Below, piece after piece: positions 61,401 through 64,000 of a stretch of 64,000 nucleotides of DNA. This DNA is from Eledone cirrhosa (Eukaryota): assembly GCA_964016885.1 (NCBI GenBank), contig OZ024740.1, positions 131,688,001 to 131,752,000 of the forward strand. Reading direction: 5' to 3'. Every line of letters begins with the position of its first letter. Within the stretch, counting starts at the first letter, position 1. Under the pieces are notes generated by a model. The model was not told the origin of the DNA. It did not search any database and saw only the letters and a list, made by a program, of their open reading frames with translations. The translations under genes and the position numbers were made by a program.

Positions 61401-61570
61401 CCTGTGTCAGTGTTGAACAAAAAGGTGACGTGGTTGCCTTAACACCGTATGGCATAAATTCAGGCTGTTCGATTTGTTGACAAACAAACGAACAAAGCAG
61501 GCGTTATAATAAACGTCGGCTAAACTGATGCGTGCATATATGTATGTGTACCTGTATGCATATGTGTATA

Positions 61571-61608
<38 letters not shown>

Positions 61609-61664
61609 TGCTACTGTACGTCTGTATACATATATGTATGTACGTATGCATGCATACTTACATT

Positions 61665-61714
<50 letters not shown>

Positions 61715-62089
61715 TTTCTGGATTATCTCCCTTTCCCTTCTCCTCCCTTTTGGTTGCCCGTGTCTCTCTCACTTACTCCTGTCTATACGAGAGGCAGCAC
61801 GGTTATACGAGCTCTGACTTGTAGCTGACCACGAAGCTAAGTCTCCCAGGTTGGCCACAACTTACTTTCCCTATTTTTCCACGGTTACTTTTTTGCATGT
61901 TTCTTTCACCTGTGTCTTCCCACGATGGAATATGTACACTTTTTTTTTTCCATGCCTTTCCTATTTTACCCCCTCTCCCTCTCTCCTCATCTTTTCCCTC
62001 CTGTTTGTACTCCTTTCCCTCTCTTTCACTTTCTCTCTCTTTTTGTTCTCTCCTTTTCTCTCTCCTTTTCCACCTGGCCCTTTGATTAA

Positions 62090-62135
62090 TAAAAGGCCAA
62101 TTGAATATTGTAATAAATCTTTGGTAAACCCATAC

Positions 62136-62199
<64 letters not shown>

Positions 62200-62295
62200 T
62201 ACTGTACGTCTGTATACATATGTGTATGTATGTATACATACTTACATTTAAGTATCAGCCGTACTAAGAGTGAGAAATGAAATTTCACTTTTTTC
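62090..62295 (-). repeat. Further diverged fragment of the ~490-bp repeat family
   Basis: cagccgtactaagagtgagaaatgaaattt and ccatacgtacatata match the 14.6-15.5 kb copy. Confidence 0.7.
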
Positions 62296-62299
62296 CATT

Positions 62300-63080
62300 T
62301 ATATGTATAGTGGTGGATCACTGGTTGGTAATATCCGTAGGGGTAGAAGTGGTTACACAACAGTTAGTTTAACATACCGAGAACAATTGTTTCGCCTTAG
62401 CGGATCCTCAGCTCGTAATGGGCATGGTTATAGGAACAGATAGGACAACGATACGAACGCGCATGCACATGAACCCGGTTACCTAACACAGGCATTACTA
62501 GAATTCGTGCAAGACATGTAACGGAGATAACTGCGAAAGTCCGAACATTTTTACTTGAAAATAAAATTAGAAGGAATCAGTCCGGAGCATTCTAGTTAAG
62601 CAATAGGTGTTTGGCGACGTGTGGACAACGTGTGAAAAATTCATTTTTCGTGTTTAAGCAATAACTATTGCGTAATCTCTTTAGAATAGTTATTCGTTGG
62701 TCAATACATAAGCCACAGGTCGGAATTCCCATTGCGTATGGCTGGACTTAGTGATGAATTTCCATCGGATGGAGTAGTCTATACTTGAGTCCTTGAGGGA
62801 CCATACGTGGCTCGCGAGTTTCGTGGATGAACGTCTGTCCGGGTGCCTGAAGGTAGACTGGTGGTTCAGGAAACGTTCCTTAAATCGGCCCTCTGCCATG
62901 CCCACATAGGATTTGACCTCCTGTGGTTCGGTTGGTCGGTTGGAAGTGACCAAGCTTCATACATTACAGCTGGTGTGTCGCATTGCTGTTGAAATAGGCA
63001 AGCTTCGGGCTAAATGGCAAGAGAACCCTGGCGGCGTGTTGCTCCTAGGGCTGGTGGTGTTGTGGGCCTTCATGTTCTTA
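62300..63080 (-). mobile_element. Penelope-like element 3' fragment (GIY-YIG endonuclease)
   Basis: ORF 62690-62953: SYVGMAEGRFKERFLNHQSTFR..LASHVWSLK..YSIRW; followed by a hammerhead motif. Confidence 0.8.
62378..62415 (-). ncRNA. Minimal hammerhead ribozyme at the 3' end of a Penelope-like element
   Basis: Minus strand: CGAG-CTGAGGA-TCC-gctaa-GGC-GAAA-CAATTG-TT^-CTCG. Confidence 0.65.
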
Positions 63081-63473
63081 GCGCAGGAGTATCCTGTAAT
63101 TTATGAAGCTGTGGTCACTTCCAGCCGCTTTTATGTATTTTTACATGCGTATATTTTATACCCATTTATACATACGGCTGTTTTTTTATATTTGTATGTG
63201 TGCGTATGCGTGCACATATGTGTATACGCATTTGTATATATATACGCACGCATTCGTATGCGTTCGTGTATGTGTAAATGTGTGTGTATGTGTGCGTTTA
63301 CGTATACGTGTTTTTTACATGTATATATATATGTATATATTTATATATATATTTAAATAAATTTAAGGTAAAAGACTAATTGTCAACAATATCGTCTACA
63401 TTTGCATGTATATTCTATATCCATACTTGCATTATTTTTTGCTTTTCAAATACAATCGTATATATATATATAT

Positions 63474-63563
<90 letters not shown>

Positions 63564-64000
63564 TTAGTTTCTGAATTGGCAACATGACCCTCCCAAAGTA
63601 TAACAATATATATATATATATATAACAATATATATATATATAATGTAGGGGGTGAGTTTTATTGTAGCACACTAAATCAATGCAAATATCGGATAAGTAG
63701 CACTCCACAGTTTATAGGACTGGAGTATAAGTAATATAAGATCAAAAGATGGTTAAAATAGTTACATGTATTTTATTATGCGCATTGCAAAAACGAATAT
63801 CATCATGCGATGATATTTGCGTTCCCATCAGATACAATAGGGAGAAATTATATGAAGCTTAAAAAACACTTGCGAGCAGTGAAGTGTTAAATCAACATAT
63901 GAAAAATAAAGTAAGATGGATATATGAGATTGGGAAAAAAGGAGGAGGGGGGGAGGAAAAGCTAAGGAAGAGTAAGAAAGAAAGTAAAGGATGACTTATA

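Larger units (their letters stand above)
58371..61666 (-). repeat. Tandem array of ~480-520-bp hammerhead-containing monomers (5 full + 1 partial) ending in a fold-back inverted copy; retrozyme-like
   Basis: Units start at about 58371, 58888, 59391, 59872, 60365 and 60866; length differences come from an internal (TA)n; inversion at about 61279-61666. Confidence 0.92.

Overview
AT-rich, microsatellite-dense eukaryotic intergenic or intronic DNA. The SINE families and repeat style suggest a cephalopod such as Octopus, but this is inference. No host protein-coding gene could be supported; the window is almost entirely mobile elements. (1) Two nested clusters (about 1.1-7.6 kb and 38.7-57.1 kb) of non-LTR retrotransposons sit in (TAA)n microsatellites. 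They comprise two R4/Dong-like RT + restriction-like-endonuclease families (here A and B), a full-length Tx1/L1-like element with an intact 1139-aa ORF2 in the opposite orientation, and SINEs. (2) There are decayed Penelope-like (RT/GIY-YIG) elements, a decayed RTE LINE, a non-autonomous Helitron and many inverted repeats or palindromes. (3) The most striking signal is a set of minimal type I hammerhead ribozymes. One lies in every ~480-520 bp monomer of a tandem array at 58.4-61.7 kb (a retrozyme-like, possibly circRNA-forming satellite with a diverged, covarying copy at 14.6-15.5 kb). A separate group carries the U3-A8 core variant. The longest R4 ORF (1125 aa) is open but has a clean 15-bp deletion of the RT catalytic FMDD motif. 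All structures were read by eye and none was computationally folded or searched.
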